DNA of 64,000 bases from positions 288,001-352,000 of the forward strand of contig CAVXGK010000002.1 in assembly GCA_963761305.1 (NCBI GenBank), written 5' to 3'. The notes beneath the pieces were generated by a model. The model made no database searches. It worked only from the letters and a program-made list of their open reading frames with translations, and had not been told where the DNA came from. The DNA comes from an uncultured Gemmatimonadaceae bacterium (lineage in GTDB: Bacteria > Gemmatimonadota > Gemmatimonadetes > Gemmatimonadales > Gemmatimonadaceae). Every line of letters begins with the position of its first letter. Position 1 is the first letter of the stretch. Position numbers and translations under genes: made by a program. This document shows positions 49,901 through 59,547 of the stretch, one piece after another.

Positions 49901-50065
49901 ATGCGCATCTCCGTTCAGGCTCGCAACCTCTTCATGTGGTCCAACTATTGGAGCTTCGACCCCGAGTTTAACAACTTCGGCAACCAGAACTTCAACCGCT
50001 TCATCGACCTCGCTCCGTATCCCAGCAACCGGCAGTTCTTCTTCAGCGTCGACCTGGGGTACTAA
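46916..50065 (+). CDS. SusC/RagA-family TonB-dependent receptor
   Basis: N-terminal carboxypeptidase-regulatory-like domain, [53 protein letters not shown], C-terminal aromatic residue. Confidence 0.93.
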   Translation: [1049 protein letters not shown]

Positions 50066-50068
50066 GCC

Positions 50069-51553
50069 ATGACTCATACACAGATGCGACACCTCATCGC
50101 CGCTGCCGCGTGCGCGGCGGCCCTGACGGCCTGTTCGGAGAAAGACATCAACATCAACAATCCGAATAGCGCCATCGCGAGCGCCGCGGCGTCCGATCCG
50201 ACGGCGCTGCAACTCCTCGCCACCGGCCTCCTGACCGACCAGCGCGGCACGCGCGCCGGCTTGATCCAAAACGCCGCCATCCTCGGCCGCGAGGCGTACA
50301 ACCTCACACCGCAGGAAGGTCGCAACACGACGAACTTCCTCTTGGGAATCACGGTCAACGGAAAGCAGGAGCTCGACCCGGCCGGCTTCGCCAACGGATC
50401 GTGGGGCGCCGAGTTCGGCGCCATTCGCGACATCTACAATTTCAAGAACACCGTCGCCGCCAGCGCGCGCAACGCGGCGGACAAGGGCGCGGCGATCGCG
50501 TTCGCCGAGACGCTCGAAGCCTTGATGCAGTTCGAGGTCTTACAGACGCGCGACTCGCTCGGCACGATCACCGAGATGAAGGCCAACCCGTTTGATCTCG
50601 CGACGTTCGTCAGTCGGGATTCCGGGTACAAGTACGCGCTGGCGATGCTCGACGACGCCGCGGCGAAGTTGGCCGCGGCCGGTCCGGCGTTCCCGTTCAC
50701 GCTCGCTCCGGGCTTTGGAACGGCCGTGGCCGGCCAGGATTTCACCACCACCGCGGGCTTCTTGCAGTTCAACCGCGCCCTCAAGGCTCGTATCGCGGTG
50801 AACTATGGTTCGCTCGGCGGCGGCTCGGCCGCATTCCAGGCCGCGCTCACCGCACTCGGTCAGTCGTTCCTCAACGCCGCCGCGACGTCCCGCTCCGCGC
50901 TCGACGTTGGTGTGTACGACACGTATGCGCCGTCGCCGGACTCGCCGAATGGGCTGACGCAGCAGACGAATACCAACCTGTACGCGCACACGTCGATTCA
51001 GACGGATGCGCAACTTCAGGCGAGTGGTCAGCCCGACGCGCGGTACCTGGCGAAGATTCGGACGGGTCTCCCCTCGCGCACCGGGCCGACGGCGAACGGT
51101 GGGCCGACGAGCGGCACGTCGACGCTCGGTTTCTCCATCTGGCCCACGCAGTCGTCTCCGATTCCGATCATCCGCAACGAAGAGCTCATCCTTCTTCGCG
51201 CGGAAGCCAAGTTCGGCACGGGTGACAAGGCCGGCGCCATTGCCGACCTGAACCTCGTGCGCGTGAACTCGGGCGCCCTGCCGGCGCTCACGCTCACGGC
51301 GGCTTCGCCGGATTCGGCGGTGATCTCGGCGATTCTCTATGAGAAGCGACTCTCGCTCCTTATGGAGGGCGATCGCTGGTCCGACGTTCGCCGCTACGGC
51401 CGTCTGAGCACGTTGCCGCTCGACATTCCCTCGGGACCGAACCAGAACTTCGTGGCGAAGGTGATGCCAGTTCCGCAGGCCGAATGCTTGAACCGCCTGA
51501 CCCTCGGCGGCGCGTTCGTCGGCCCGAGCGGATTGAACGACTGCATACCGTGA
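50069..51553 (+). CDS. SusD/RagB-family lipoprotein
   Basis: Lipobox LTAC; IIRNEELILLRAEA, LN.VR, EKR.SLLMEGDRWSD.RR. Confidence 0.9.
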   Translation: MTHTQMRHLIAAAACAAALTACSEKDININNPNSAIASAAASDPTALQLLATGLLTDQRGTRAGLIQNAAILGREAYNLTPQEGRNTTNFLLGITVNGKQELDPAGFANGSWGAEFGAIRDIYNFKNTVAASARNAADKGAAIAFAETLEALMQFEVLQTRDSLGTITEMKANPFDLATFVSRDSGYKYALAMLDDAAAKLAAAGPAFPFTLAPGFGTAVAGQDFTTTAGFLQFNRALKARIAVNYGSLGGGSAAFQAALTALGQSFLNAAATSRSALDVGVYDTYAPSPDSPNGLTQQTNTNLYAHTSIQTDAQLQASGQPDARYLAKIRTGLPSRTGPTANGGPTSGTSTLGFSIWPTQSSPIPIIRNEELILLRAEAKFGTGDKAGAIADLNLVRVNSGALPALTLTAASPDSAVISAILYEKRLSLLMEGDRWSDVRRYGRLSTLPLDIPSGPNQNFVAKVMPVPQAECLNRLTLGGAFVGPSGLNDCIP

Positions 51554-51602
51554 TCTTGGCGGTCGTAATGTGACGGTGGGATCGTGCAACAGATCGCAAA
51601 CG

Positions 51603-51643
51603 GAAGCCGGCGATCGGGGTAGTCCCCGGTCTCCGGCTTCTGT
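51603..51643 (+). terminator. Hairpin after susD-like gene, probable terminator
   Basis: GAAGCCGG/CCGGCTTC and GATCGGGG/CCCCGGTC stems, T-rich tail. Confidence 0.55.
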
Positions 51644-51721
51644 GTTCGTCTTTAGCTTTCCAAGAGTCGCTTTGCCCCGGCTGGTGCCATGTCTCCCTCG
51701 TTCCTTTCCAACGGCCGCTCG

Positions 51722-52540
51722 ATGACGTCTTTCTTTCCCCGTTGCGGAGTGCTCGCTGCACTCGGCGTGACGCTCGCGTCGCCTGCCGTCGTCGCTCAGC
51801 GACCCGGCGGTTTGCCCACCGAGCCGGCAAGCACTCTCGCCAGCCGCCCACTCGGCACGATCGATGGCATCGTGAGCGACACGGGCCTGGCCCCGCTGCA
51901 AGGCGCGTTCATCACGGTGTTCGGCAGCAACCTCCGCGTCGGCACCGGTCCGAACGGACGCTTCCGCATCACGAAGATTCCCGTGGGGCAGTATCTCCTC
52001 ATGGTGAAGCGCGTCGGATTCCGCCCGGCGTCGGCCATCATCCAGGTGGCGGAGACGGACACGCTTCGGCTGTCATATACGCTGGAGCCGATCTCGCCCG
52101 AACAGCTGAAGGCCGTCGTCGTCACCGAGAAGGCTCCGTCGGTTCGCATGTCGGAGTTCGAACAGCGCCGAAAGCTGGGGCAGGGCGAGTTCATGACGGC
52201 CGACGAAATCAAGCAGCGCAACTCGGTGTTCCCGACGGAGCTGTTCCGCAAGTTCAAAGCGGTGAACGTGACGCAGGACAACTCGAGTCCGATCACGCAG
52301 TACTACGCGATCAGCGCGCGAGAGGGCGGCAATCCGCAGCTCGGTGCCTGCCCAATGCAGGTATACCTCGATCAGGTACCGCTGCCGAGCCCGTTCAACT
52401 TGGATCTGCTGCCGGCGCCGCGCGACATTGGAGCCATCGAGGTCTACGCCGGTGCGTCCACGACTCCGTTGCAGTTCGCCGGCTACGATCGCGGCTGCGG
52501 CGTCATTCTGGTGTGGACGAAGGACACTAGCGTTTTCTAG
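51722..52540 (+). CDS. Exported carboxypeptidase-regulatory-like + TonB-plug-like protein with no barrel
   Basis: Signal peptide; G.V.D..L.PL.GA..T.PNGRFRI; C-terminal DIGAIEVYAG...CGVILVWTK. Start 51689 or 51722. Confidence 0.75.
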   Translation: MTSFFPRCGVLAALGVTLASPAVVAQRPGGLPTEPASTLASRPLGTIDGIVSDTGLAPLQGAFITVFGSNLRVGTGPNGRFRITKIPVGQYLLMVKRVGFRPASAIIQVAETDTLRLSYTLEPISPEQLKAVVVTEKAPSVRMSEFEQRRKLGQGEFMTADEIKQRNSVFPTELFRKFKAVNVTQDNSSPITQYYAISAREGGNPQLGACPMQVYLDQVPLPSPFNLDLLPAPRDIGAIEVYAGASTTPLQFAGYDRGCGVILVWTKDTSVF

Positions 52541-52603
52541 GTGGAGCGGTGGACCCGTAGACGGTAAACCGCGACAGCTGAACGAGGGAACGGGGGCACT
52601 CGG

Positions 52604-55084
52604 ATGCGCGTCTGCCGACAACTGATGTCCGCGGCGTGCACGGTGCTCTTCGCGCTTTCCGGCGCGTCTCTGCGTGCGCAGGTGATTCGCGGGAGCGTGG
52701 TGCTCCCCGACAGCGTCACGCCGCTCGCGGGAGCGATCGTCGTCGCAAGCGATTCGCGGCGCGGCGCGGCAGACGCGGCGCGAGCGTTGGCGAACGCGCG
52801 CGGTGAGTTCGTGATGAGAGTGCCGGCGCCCGGGCGGTACGCCACGCGCGTGCTGCGCATCGGTTTTCGCCCGACGATGGGACCCGTGGTGGACGTCGGC
52901 GCGAACGATACGGTGCGCGTGCGCATCGTCTCTCGCGGCGAAGCCATCGTGCTCTCGGCCGTGAACGTGCGCGACAAGGAGACCTGCCGCGTCGGCGCCG
53001 ACTCGGGTATGATGGTGGCGCGCGTTTGGGACGAGGCGCGCAAAGCGATGCTCAGCTCGCAACTGTCGTCGGACGACGTGCCGCTCGTCGCCGATTGGAT
53101 CGAGTACGATCGCATGCTCGATTCGTCCGGGCACATCGTGCGGTCGCAACGCGTGAAGTCGGCCACCAATCCGACCACGCATGCCTTCCGCAGTCTGCCG
53201 GCCGGTCAGTTGGCGGACAAGGGCTACGTCGTGTCGGACAACACCGGCACCACGTACTACGCGCCCGACGCCGACGTGCTGCTCTCCGATTCGTTCGCGT
53301 CGACGCACTGCTTTCATCTGCAAGCCGCGCCCGGCGACGATCATCTGATCGGCGTGGCGTTCTCGCCGGCGCGCAGCCGCCGCGACGCGCTCGACATCGA
53401 AGGCGTGTTGTGGGTCGACCGGACGACCGCCGAGTTGGAGACGCTGGAGTTCGAGTACACGAACCTTCCCGACCTCGTGCATCCGGCGCATCCGGGGGGA
53501 CGCGTCGAGTTCCTGCGGCTGAGCGACGGCAACTGGCTCGTGAGCCGGTGGAGCGTCCGAATGCCTCGTGTGGAAGCGCGCGACAGGTCGCCGGGCACGG
53601 GCATGCGCCGCGTGATTCAGTCGGCGAGCTCGCAAGCGCTCGGCGGCGTACAGGTCACCGGTGGGGAAGTGAACCGCGTCATGCGACACGACACGCTCGT
53701 CTATCGCCAGACGGGCCCGCGCATTTCCGTTCAGGTGTTCGCGCGCGATTCGCTCATACGTCCGTCGCGCGCGCGGCTCACGCTCGAGGGGACGGACTAC
53801 GCCGCCACCGCCGACGACCAGGGGCGCATCGAGCTGACGCCGGTGCTCGGTGGTCGCTATCGCGGGCGCGTGTCGACGGCGTTCATGGATTCGCTCGGCA
53901 TGGCGCCGGTCGAGCACGAGATCGAGGCGACGAGCGGCGCGCACGTGGACTCTGTCTCACTTCCGAGCGCGCACGACGCGCTGTCCGCCGCATGTCCGCG
54001 CGATTCGATCCGCAACGGTGAAGGCATGCTGTACGGCCGCGTGCGTGACGAACGGGAGAGACCGATGTCCGGCGTGTCGGTGACGATCACGTGGCAAACC
54101 GATTTTGCGTTCGTCGCTGGCGGCGGCTCCGATGCGCTGGCGCACCGCGAGCACACACTCGGAGCGTTGAGCGACCACGCCGGCAACTGGCGCTTGTGCG
54201 GCGTGCCCCGCGACCAGGAGGTGGTCGTGCGCGCGGCGACCGACTCCGGTTCCGACGTGCAGAAGACCCGGCTCGATCGCGAGCAGGATTTCGCTGGTGT
54301 CGACCTCGTGCTGCACGAGCAGGCGTCGAGCGCGGCGCGCGAGGCGTCGCTGCTGAGCGGCGTGCCGGCGCGCACGACGGCGTCAGTCGAGATCGACGTC
54401 ACGCGACTCGGTGGCGACCCGCTGCCGGAGACAAGCCTCGAGGTCGTGTCGGGCGGGCACACGCGCCAAGCGGTGACGGGACCGACCGGCCGCGCACTGC
54501 TGCCGGAGGTCGAGCCGGGGAACGTGGTGGTGCGCGCGCGGCACATCGGCTACACGCCGGGCGAAGTGACGATGGACGTCGTGGCGGGAAGGAACTTGAT
54601 TCCCATCCTGATGAGCACCGTGACCCTCCCCATGCTCGACACGATGCGTGTGACGGCGCAATCGCGAACGGCGCGCGTCGGCCGCCACTTCGAGTTCGAG
54701 GAGCGGCTTCGCATGCACGCGGCGAACGCCGCATTCACCAAGGAAGAGATCGACAAGCGCGGGCCGGTCGACATCTGGCAAATGCTGATGAACGTGCCGG
54801 GCGTGAAGATCGTGGACAGCGGAATGGTGACCGCCGAGTCGACGAGAGGCATGAGGGTGACGCCGCAACTCACGCTCGTGCCGTGCTACTTCAGGATTTT
54901 CGTCGACGGGATGGAAATGAAGCCGGTGCGCCCTCAAGATGCCGCTGTCGACCTGCGGCTGCTCCCCAAGCCGAACGAGGTCCATGGCATTGAAGTCTTC
55001 GACGGTCCGGCGCGGATCCCGTTGCAGTACAGCGGCGCGCGGGACGACACCTGGTGCGGAATGATCATGATCTGGACCAGATAG
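52604..55084 (+). CDS. Exported multi-carboxypeptidase-regulatory-domain protein with C-terminal plug-like domain
   Basis: Signal peptide; several beta-sandwich repeats (LRIGFRP, RHIGYTP); C-terminal EVHGIEVFDG...CGMIMIWTR. Confidence 0.75.
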   Translation: MRVCRQLMSAACTVLFALSGASLRAQVIRGSVVLPDSVTPLAGAIVVASDSRRGAADAARALANARGEFVMRVPAPGRYATRVLRIGFRPTMGPVVDVGANDTVRVRIVSRGEAIVLSAVNVRDKETCRVGADSGMMVARVWDEARKAMLSSQLSSDDVPLVADWIEYDRMLDSSGHIVRSQRVKSATNPTTHAFRSLPAGQLADKGYVVSDNTGTTYYAPDADVLLSDSFASTHCFHLQAAPGDDHLIGVAFSPARSRRDALDIEGVLWVDRTTAELETLEFEYTNLPDLVHPAHPGGRVEFLRLSDGNWLVSRWSVRMPRVEARDRSPGTGMRRVIQSASSQALGGVQVTGGEVNRVMRHDTLVYRQTGPRISVQVFARDSLIRPSRARLTLEGTDYAATADDQGRIELTPVLGGRYRGRVSTAFMDSLGMAPVEHEIEATSGAHVDSVSLPSAHDALSAACPRDSIRNGEGMLYGRVRDERERPMSGVSVTITWQTDFAFVAGGGSDALAHREHTLGALSDHAGNWRLCGVPRDQEVVVRAATDSGSDVQKTRLDREQDFAGVDLVLHEQASSAAREASLLSGVPARTTASVEIDVTRLGGDPLPETSLEVVSGGHTRQAVTGPTGRALLPEVEPGNVVVRARHIGYTPGEVTMDVVAGRNLIPILMSTVTLPMLDTMRVTAQSRTARVGRHFEFEERLRMHAANAAFTKEEIDKRGPVDIWQMLMNVPGVKIVDSGMVTAESTRGMRVTPQLTLVPCYFRIFVDGMEMKPVRPQDAAVDLRLLPKPNEVHGIEVFDGPARIPLQYSGARDDTWCGMIMIWTR

Positions 55085-55100
55085 GGCGACCGGCGACGCG

Positions 55101-55139
55101 GAAAAGGCTCGGGCGCCGCCGTGGCACCCGAGCCTTTTC
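55101..55139. terminator. Bidirectional intrinsic terminator
   Basis: GAAAAGGCTCGGG / CCCGAGCCTTTTC perfect 13-bp inverted repeat between convergent genes. Confidence 0.85.
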
Positions 55140-55161
55140 TGTTGGCAACGCTACTGTCAGC

Positions 55162-56526
55162 TCATGGCAGCGGGAATTGTCCCTGCACGCCCGAGATCAG
55201 CGTCGCCGCGTTGATGTTCGGATTCGCGAACCGCTCCACGTCCGGCAACGGTAGGCACACCGTGTGGCCGTAGACACCACCGGAGCGGTATGCCGTTCCG
55301 GCGACGGGATTGAGCGGAAGGTTGAATCGCTCGATGTCAAATGCCCGGAAGCCTTCCACGAACAAGACGCGCTGACGCTCTCCGACGATCAGGTTCGTGA
55401 TCGACGCCGCGTCGGTGGCGCCCGTGTACGGCTTGAGGTTCACCGCCGCGCGGAGGGCGTTGACGATGCTCACTGCCTGCGCGCCACCTTGCGCCTCGGC
55501 GAGAATGAGCTGCGCCTCTTCGTAGCGCGCGACGGGCTGCGGAATGCCTTCAGCCGCCGCCGCGGTCGCGGCGTTGAACTTGTTGGGGATGACGATCTGC
55601 GACTTGCCGTCAGCCGGTTTCACGGCGCTAAGCAGCGTGGTCGCCGAGCGCGGATCGACGTCGCCGTTCTCGGTCGTCAGGCTGCGCGTCATGACCTCGA
55701 CCGTCGTGCCGCCGCCCAGTGAGATGATGTTGTACACGTGGTTGAAGCGACGCGACGTCGTCGCGTCGTTCGCGGCGTTGAACACGAATCCCTTGGGAAC
55801 CAGCTGGGCGTCGGCGATCGCGCCAGGCAGGTTGTGCTGGAAGAGACGAACGCGCGCGCGGCCAGCGTACGCCGCGCTGAGCATCGTCGTCTGATTGGAT
55901 GCCGTCGCCGCCGCGATCGCGTCGGTGAATCGCTTCTCGGCGAGCGCGAACATTCCCTTCTGGTCGACGGCGGGCCCGAGGTCAAACGCGGCTTGGCACA
56001 TCGCCATGCCCATCGTGGCGTACGAGAAGCCGGCGTAGACGTCGGCCTCCGCGAGGAGTGTCTGGCGACCGCCGGCGACCTGAGCGTCGGTCCAGCCGTT
56101 CAGTCGATTGATCGCCTGATCCGCCTCGTAACGTGCCGTGGACATCGGCGTGTAAATGCCTTCGGATGCAGTGCAGCCGCCGGTTCCGTAGGATCCGGAA
56201 GTGAACCCGTCGTCGCGGCGATCGAGCTGGAAGTTGGCGGCCGTGATCGTCGCGTCTTGCAGCTCGTCGGTTGCGATACCCTCGGTCGTCACAAAGCCGC
56301 CGAACGCGCATTCGAAGTCGCCGATCGCGCTGTTGACCATCAGCGTGGCGTTGGCTGGATCGTCGAACACGGTCGCCGGCACGCTGTTCGGCGCTTGCAC
56401 CGTCAGCAGGCGCGTGGTGTCACATCCGGCGACCGCCGCCAGCGCGAGAGCGCCGACCACGATCCCGACGCCGATCCGCCCCGAGCTTTTCTTGGTGGAT
56501 TGAATGAGATGTCTCATGGGAATCAT
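55162..56526 (-). CDS. SusD/RagB-family lipoprotein
   Basis: Lipobox VAGC; ARYEEAQLILAEA, VNALR, ERQRVLFVEGFR..D..R, CLPLPDVE. Confidence 0.88.
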   Translation of the reverse strand: MIPMRHLIQSTKKSSGRIGVGIVVGALALAAVAGCDTTRLLTVQAPNSVPATVFDDPANATLMVNSAIGDFECAFGGFVTTEGIATDELQDATITAANFQLDRRDDGFTSGSYGTGGCTASEGIYTPMSTARYEADQAINRLNGWTDAQVAGGRQTLLAEADVYAGFSYATMGMAMCQAAFDLGPAVDQKGMFALAEKRFTDAIAAATASNQTTMLSAAYAGRARVRLFQHNLPGAIADAQLVPKGFVFNAANDATTSRRFNHVYNIISLGGGTTVEVMTRSLTTENGDVDPRSATTLLSAVKPADGKSQIVIPNKFNAATAAAAEGIPQPVARYEEAQLILAEAQGGAQAVSIVNALRAAVNLKPYTGATDAASITNLIVGERQRVLFVEGFRAFDIERFNLPLNPVAGTAYRSGGVYGHTVCLPLPDVERFANPNINAATLISGVQGQFPLP

Positions 56527-56529
56527 CTA

Positions 56530-59500
56530 TTAGTAGGCGAGACGGAAGGTCACGAGGAACTGCGCGAGCTGCGGGAACTCGGACTGGTCGAGGGCGTTCC
56601 CGCTGTTCGAGCCGGTGCCATTCGACGCCGCGAGGCTCGCCTCCGGATCGAGACCGGTATAGCGCGTCCAGGTGTGCAGGTTGCGCGCGCTGACCGTGAC
56701 GGCCATCGAGTTCGCGCCGATAAAGCTTGCGACGCGCTCCGAGGCGTCGTACGACACGGACAGCTCGCGGAGCTTGGTGAAGCTGGCCGGCTTGATGAAG
56801 GCACTGCGCAGCGTACCGTTGCCCTGCATCTGCGCCACGATCGCCGGATCGTAGTTCTGCGGAAAGATGGTGTAGAGGCAGTCGGTGTTCAGCTGGCAGT
56901 TGATGCGCAGGTTGTTGTCGAACTTGTTGGCGCCGCGCTCGAAGTCGACCAGCCCATAGAATCGGAAGCGACCCAGGCGGAACGTGTTCGCCCACGATCC
57001 CTCGCCGGTCGGCAGCGAATGGCCGAAGTAGACCTTCGGTGCGACGACAACCCCGGCGGCGTTGAGGCACGGCGCGACGTTCCCGTGGTCGTCCTGGCAC
57101 ATCACGTTGATCGCCTTCTTGGTCGTCGGATCGTACGTCGCGCTGACGACGTTGTACGTGTAGTAGTCGAACGGCGAGCCGCCCACGCGATGCCCCTGCG
57201 GGGGCGCGGTGCCGAGGTCGATGATCGTGTCCCCCGGGGCGCCACTGAACTTGATGATCTTCGCGTGGTTCGTTGCCACGTTGAACTGCATGTCCCAGCC
57301 GTACGCTCGGCGATTGAGGACCTGCGCTTTGACTCCGAGCTCGATGCCGTGCTTGTTGATCTGACCGGCGTTGAAGAACTGGCTGCCGCCGCCGAAGCCC
57401 GCCGACGGCGCCGTCGTCTTCGACAGAATCGCGTCGTGCGAGACGTCGTTATAGAAAGTGAAGTCGACGCCGATGCGCTCGTTGAACAGACCAGCCTCGA
57501 AGCCCGCTTCGGTGCCGAGCACGCGCTCCGGTTTCAAATCGGGATTGCCGACGCTGCCAGTCGTGAGCACCGTCGCCCCATTCGGCCCCGCGACCGGCGA
57601 CAGCGTCTGCAGCGCCGAGTTGACCGCCGGCTGCTGCCCCGAGCCGCCGTACGCGAGACGCAGGCGCAGATTATCGATCGCCGACGGGAGATGGTCGCGC
57701 ACGCGCGGGTCTTCACTGGCCACCCACGAAGCGCTCGCCTTGGGGTACGTCACCCAGCTGGCGTCGCTACCGAACGCGCTGTTGTTGTCCACGCGTAGGG
57801 CGACAGTCAAGAACAGGCGGTCGTTCCACGACGCCTCCTGTTGACCGTAGAACCCGAGCGTGTTGTTGCCCAGGAAGCTCGAGCTCGGCGTTCCCTTGGT
57901 GCCGGCTGCGGAAATGGTGGACAGGCCCGGGGTAGGGAAGTGCGTGCCTGATGCCGCCAACGCGGTCTGCGTGTTGGTGTAGTACTGCGCGCCGAACGTG
58001 CTCTTCGAGACCATCGCCGGCGTCAGGTTGAAGTGCACCGTGCCGGCGTAGTCGTACGTGTTGAGTCGCGTCTGTTGCGTCGTCTCGGAGCGCGATCCGT
58101 CGAAGCCTGTGCCGAGGAAGAACACGATCACCGAATCCGTCTGGTACGGCAGGTACGATTGGATGTCCTCGAGCGCGTAGTCCGTTCCGACGAGCAGCCG
58201 ATGCGACATCCACGGGAACGGGTCCCACTTGGCCGACACGCTGCCGGTGAAGCGCTGCAGGTCCTGCCACGAGTTCGTCGCCATGTAGACTTCCGGCGGG
58301 TTGCTGAACGCACCGCGGGCCAAACCGCAGCCCCGGGGGGCGTTCGTCGTCGGGCAGAATGCCGCGGTCCGCTGCGGCTCGGCGTATTCGCCAGTGAAGA
58401 ACACGCCGCCGCCGCTCCCTTCGGGTGTCACGATCGTGTGGCTCGTGATGTAGCCGACGTTCGTCTCGAGATCGAACTTGTTGTTGGGCACGATCGAGAG
58501 ATTTGTGCGGGCGCTCTTCTGCGTCCGGGCGTTCTGCGTCACGATGCCCGTTTCGTTGTCCCACTGTCCAGCGGCGTAGTACCGATAGAGGCTCGAGCCG
58601 CCACTCACGCTTCCGTCGAAGCCCTGGTTCACGCCGGTCCGGAACAGCTGGTGGCCGGCCGCGGCTTCGCTCTTCACGAAGTTGATCGAATCCAATTGGC
58701 CGGTGTTCGGATTGATCGCGTAGTTGGTCGGCATGCGGCTCGCCGCATCCATGAACCACTGATCTCCGTCGCGCGCCGTGAACGTGTACTTGTTCGAGCC
58801 GGCGGCACCCTTCTTCGTGATGATGTTGATCACGCCGCGCGCTGCTTCAGTTCCATAGAGCGTCGCCGCCGCGGGGCCCTTGAGCACCTCGATGCTCTCG
58901 ATCTGTTCCGGGTCGAAGTCGTCGAAGCGTTGCACGAGTCCCGTCTGACCGTTGTCGGAGCGAATGCCGTCGACATAGATGAGCGGTTGATTGCTCAGCG
59001 AGAACGTGCCGACGCCGCGGACGCGAATGATCGCGCCCGCTCCGACCTGACCGGATCCCGGCAGAACAACGACGCCGGGCGCGCGGCCGTTCAGCAGCGC
59101 GTCGACGCTCGGCACCGATGTTTGCGCCATGACGTCCGCGGCGTTGACCGCCGAGATGGACGTGCCCAGTTCGCGCTTCTCCGCGCCGCCCGCGGTGCCC
59201 GTGACGACGATCTGATTCAACTCGAGGGCGCGTTCGGACATCGAGATCCGAATGTTCGTCGCGCCGACGGGCACCGTGTCGGTGGTGGGACGATATCCGA
59301 TCGCGCGGGCGTCGAGCACGACGCGCTCTCCAGTGACGCCCGTGATGCGGAATTTCCCCGATGCGTCGGACACCGCGCCCTTTCCGACTTGGCCTGCAAC
59401 GGAAATCTGAACGCCCGAGAGCGGGCGCTGCGTGCCTTCAGTGACGGCTGTTCCTTCGATGACTCCTGTCTGCGCTTGCAATGCCGGCGGGGCCATCAAG

Positions 59501-59547
59501 GCCGCCGAGGCGATTGCGAGCGTCAAGATCGTTCGCGCGCCGATCAT
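56530..59547 (-). CDS. SusC/RagA-family TonB-dependent receptor
   Basis: PLIYVDG, IESIEVLKGPAAATLYGTEAARGVINIITKKG, GNPDLKPER, FTKLRELS, YTGLDPE. Confidence 0.93.
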   Translation of the reverse strand: MIGARTILTLAIASAALMAPPALQAQTGVIEGTAVTEGTQRPLSGVQISVAGQVGKGAVSDASGKFRITGVTGERVVLDARAIGYRPTTDTVPVGATNIRISMSERALELNQIVVTGTAGGAEKRELGTSISAVNAADVMAQTSVPSVDALLNGRAPGVVVLPGSGQVGAGAIIRVRGVGTFSLSNQPLIYVDGIRSDNGQTGLVQRFDDFDPEQIESIEVLKGPAAATLYGTEAARGVINIITKKGAAGSNKYTFTARDGDQWFMDAASRMPTNYAINPNTGQLDSINFVKSEAAAGHQLFRTGVNQGFDGSVSGGSSLYRYYAAGQWDNETGIVTQNARTQKSARTNLSIVPNNKFDLETNVGYITSHTIVTPEGSGGGVFFTGEYAEPQRTAAFCPTTNAPRGCGLARGAFSNPPEVYMATNSWQDLQRFTGSVSAKWDPFPWMSHRLLVGTDYALEDIQSYLPYQTDSVIVFFLGTGFDGSRSETTQQTRLNTYDYAGTVHFNLTPAMVSKSTFGAQYYTNTQTALAASGTHFPTPGLSTISAAGTKGTPSSSFLGNNTLGFYGQQEASWNDRLFLTVALRVDNNSAFGSDASWVTYPKASASWVASEDPRVRDHLPSAIDNLRLRLAYGGSGQQPAVNSALQTLSPVAGPNGATVLTTGSVGNPDLKPERVLGTEAGFEAGLFNERIGVDFTFYNDVSHDAILSKTTAPSAGFGGGSQFFNAGQINKHGIELGVKAQVLNRRAYGWDMQFNVATNHAKIIKFSGAPGDTIIDLGTAPPQGHRVGGSPFDYYTYNVVSATYDPTTKKAINVMCQDDHGNVAPCLNAAGVVVAPKVYFGHSLPTGEGSWANTFRLGRFRFYGLVDFERGANKFDNNLRINCQLNTDCLYTIFPQNYDPAIVAQMQGNGTLRSAFIKPASFTKLRELSVSYDASERVASFIGANSMAVTVSARNLHTWTRYTGLDPEASLAASNGTGSNSGNALDQSEFPQLAQFLVTFRLAY

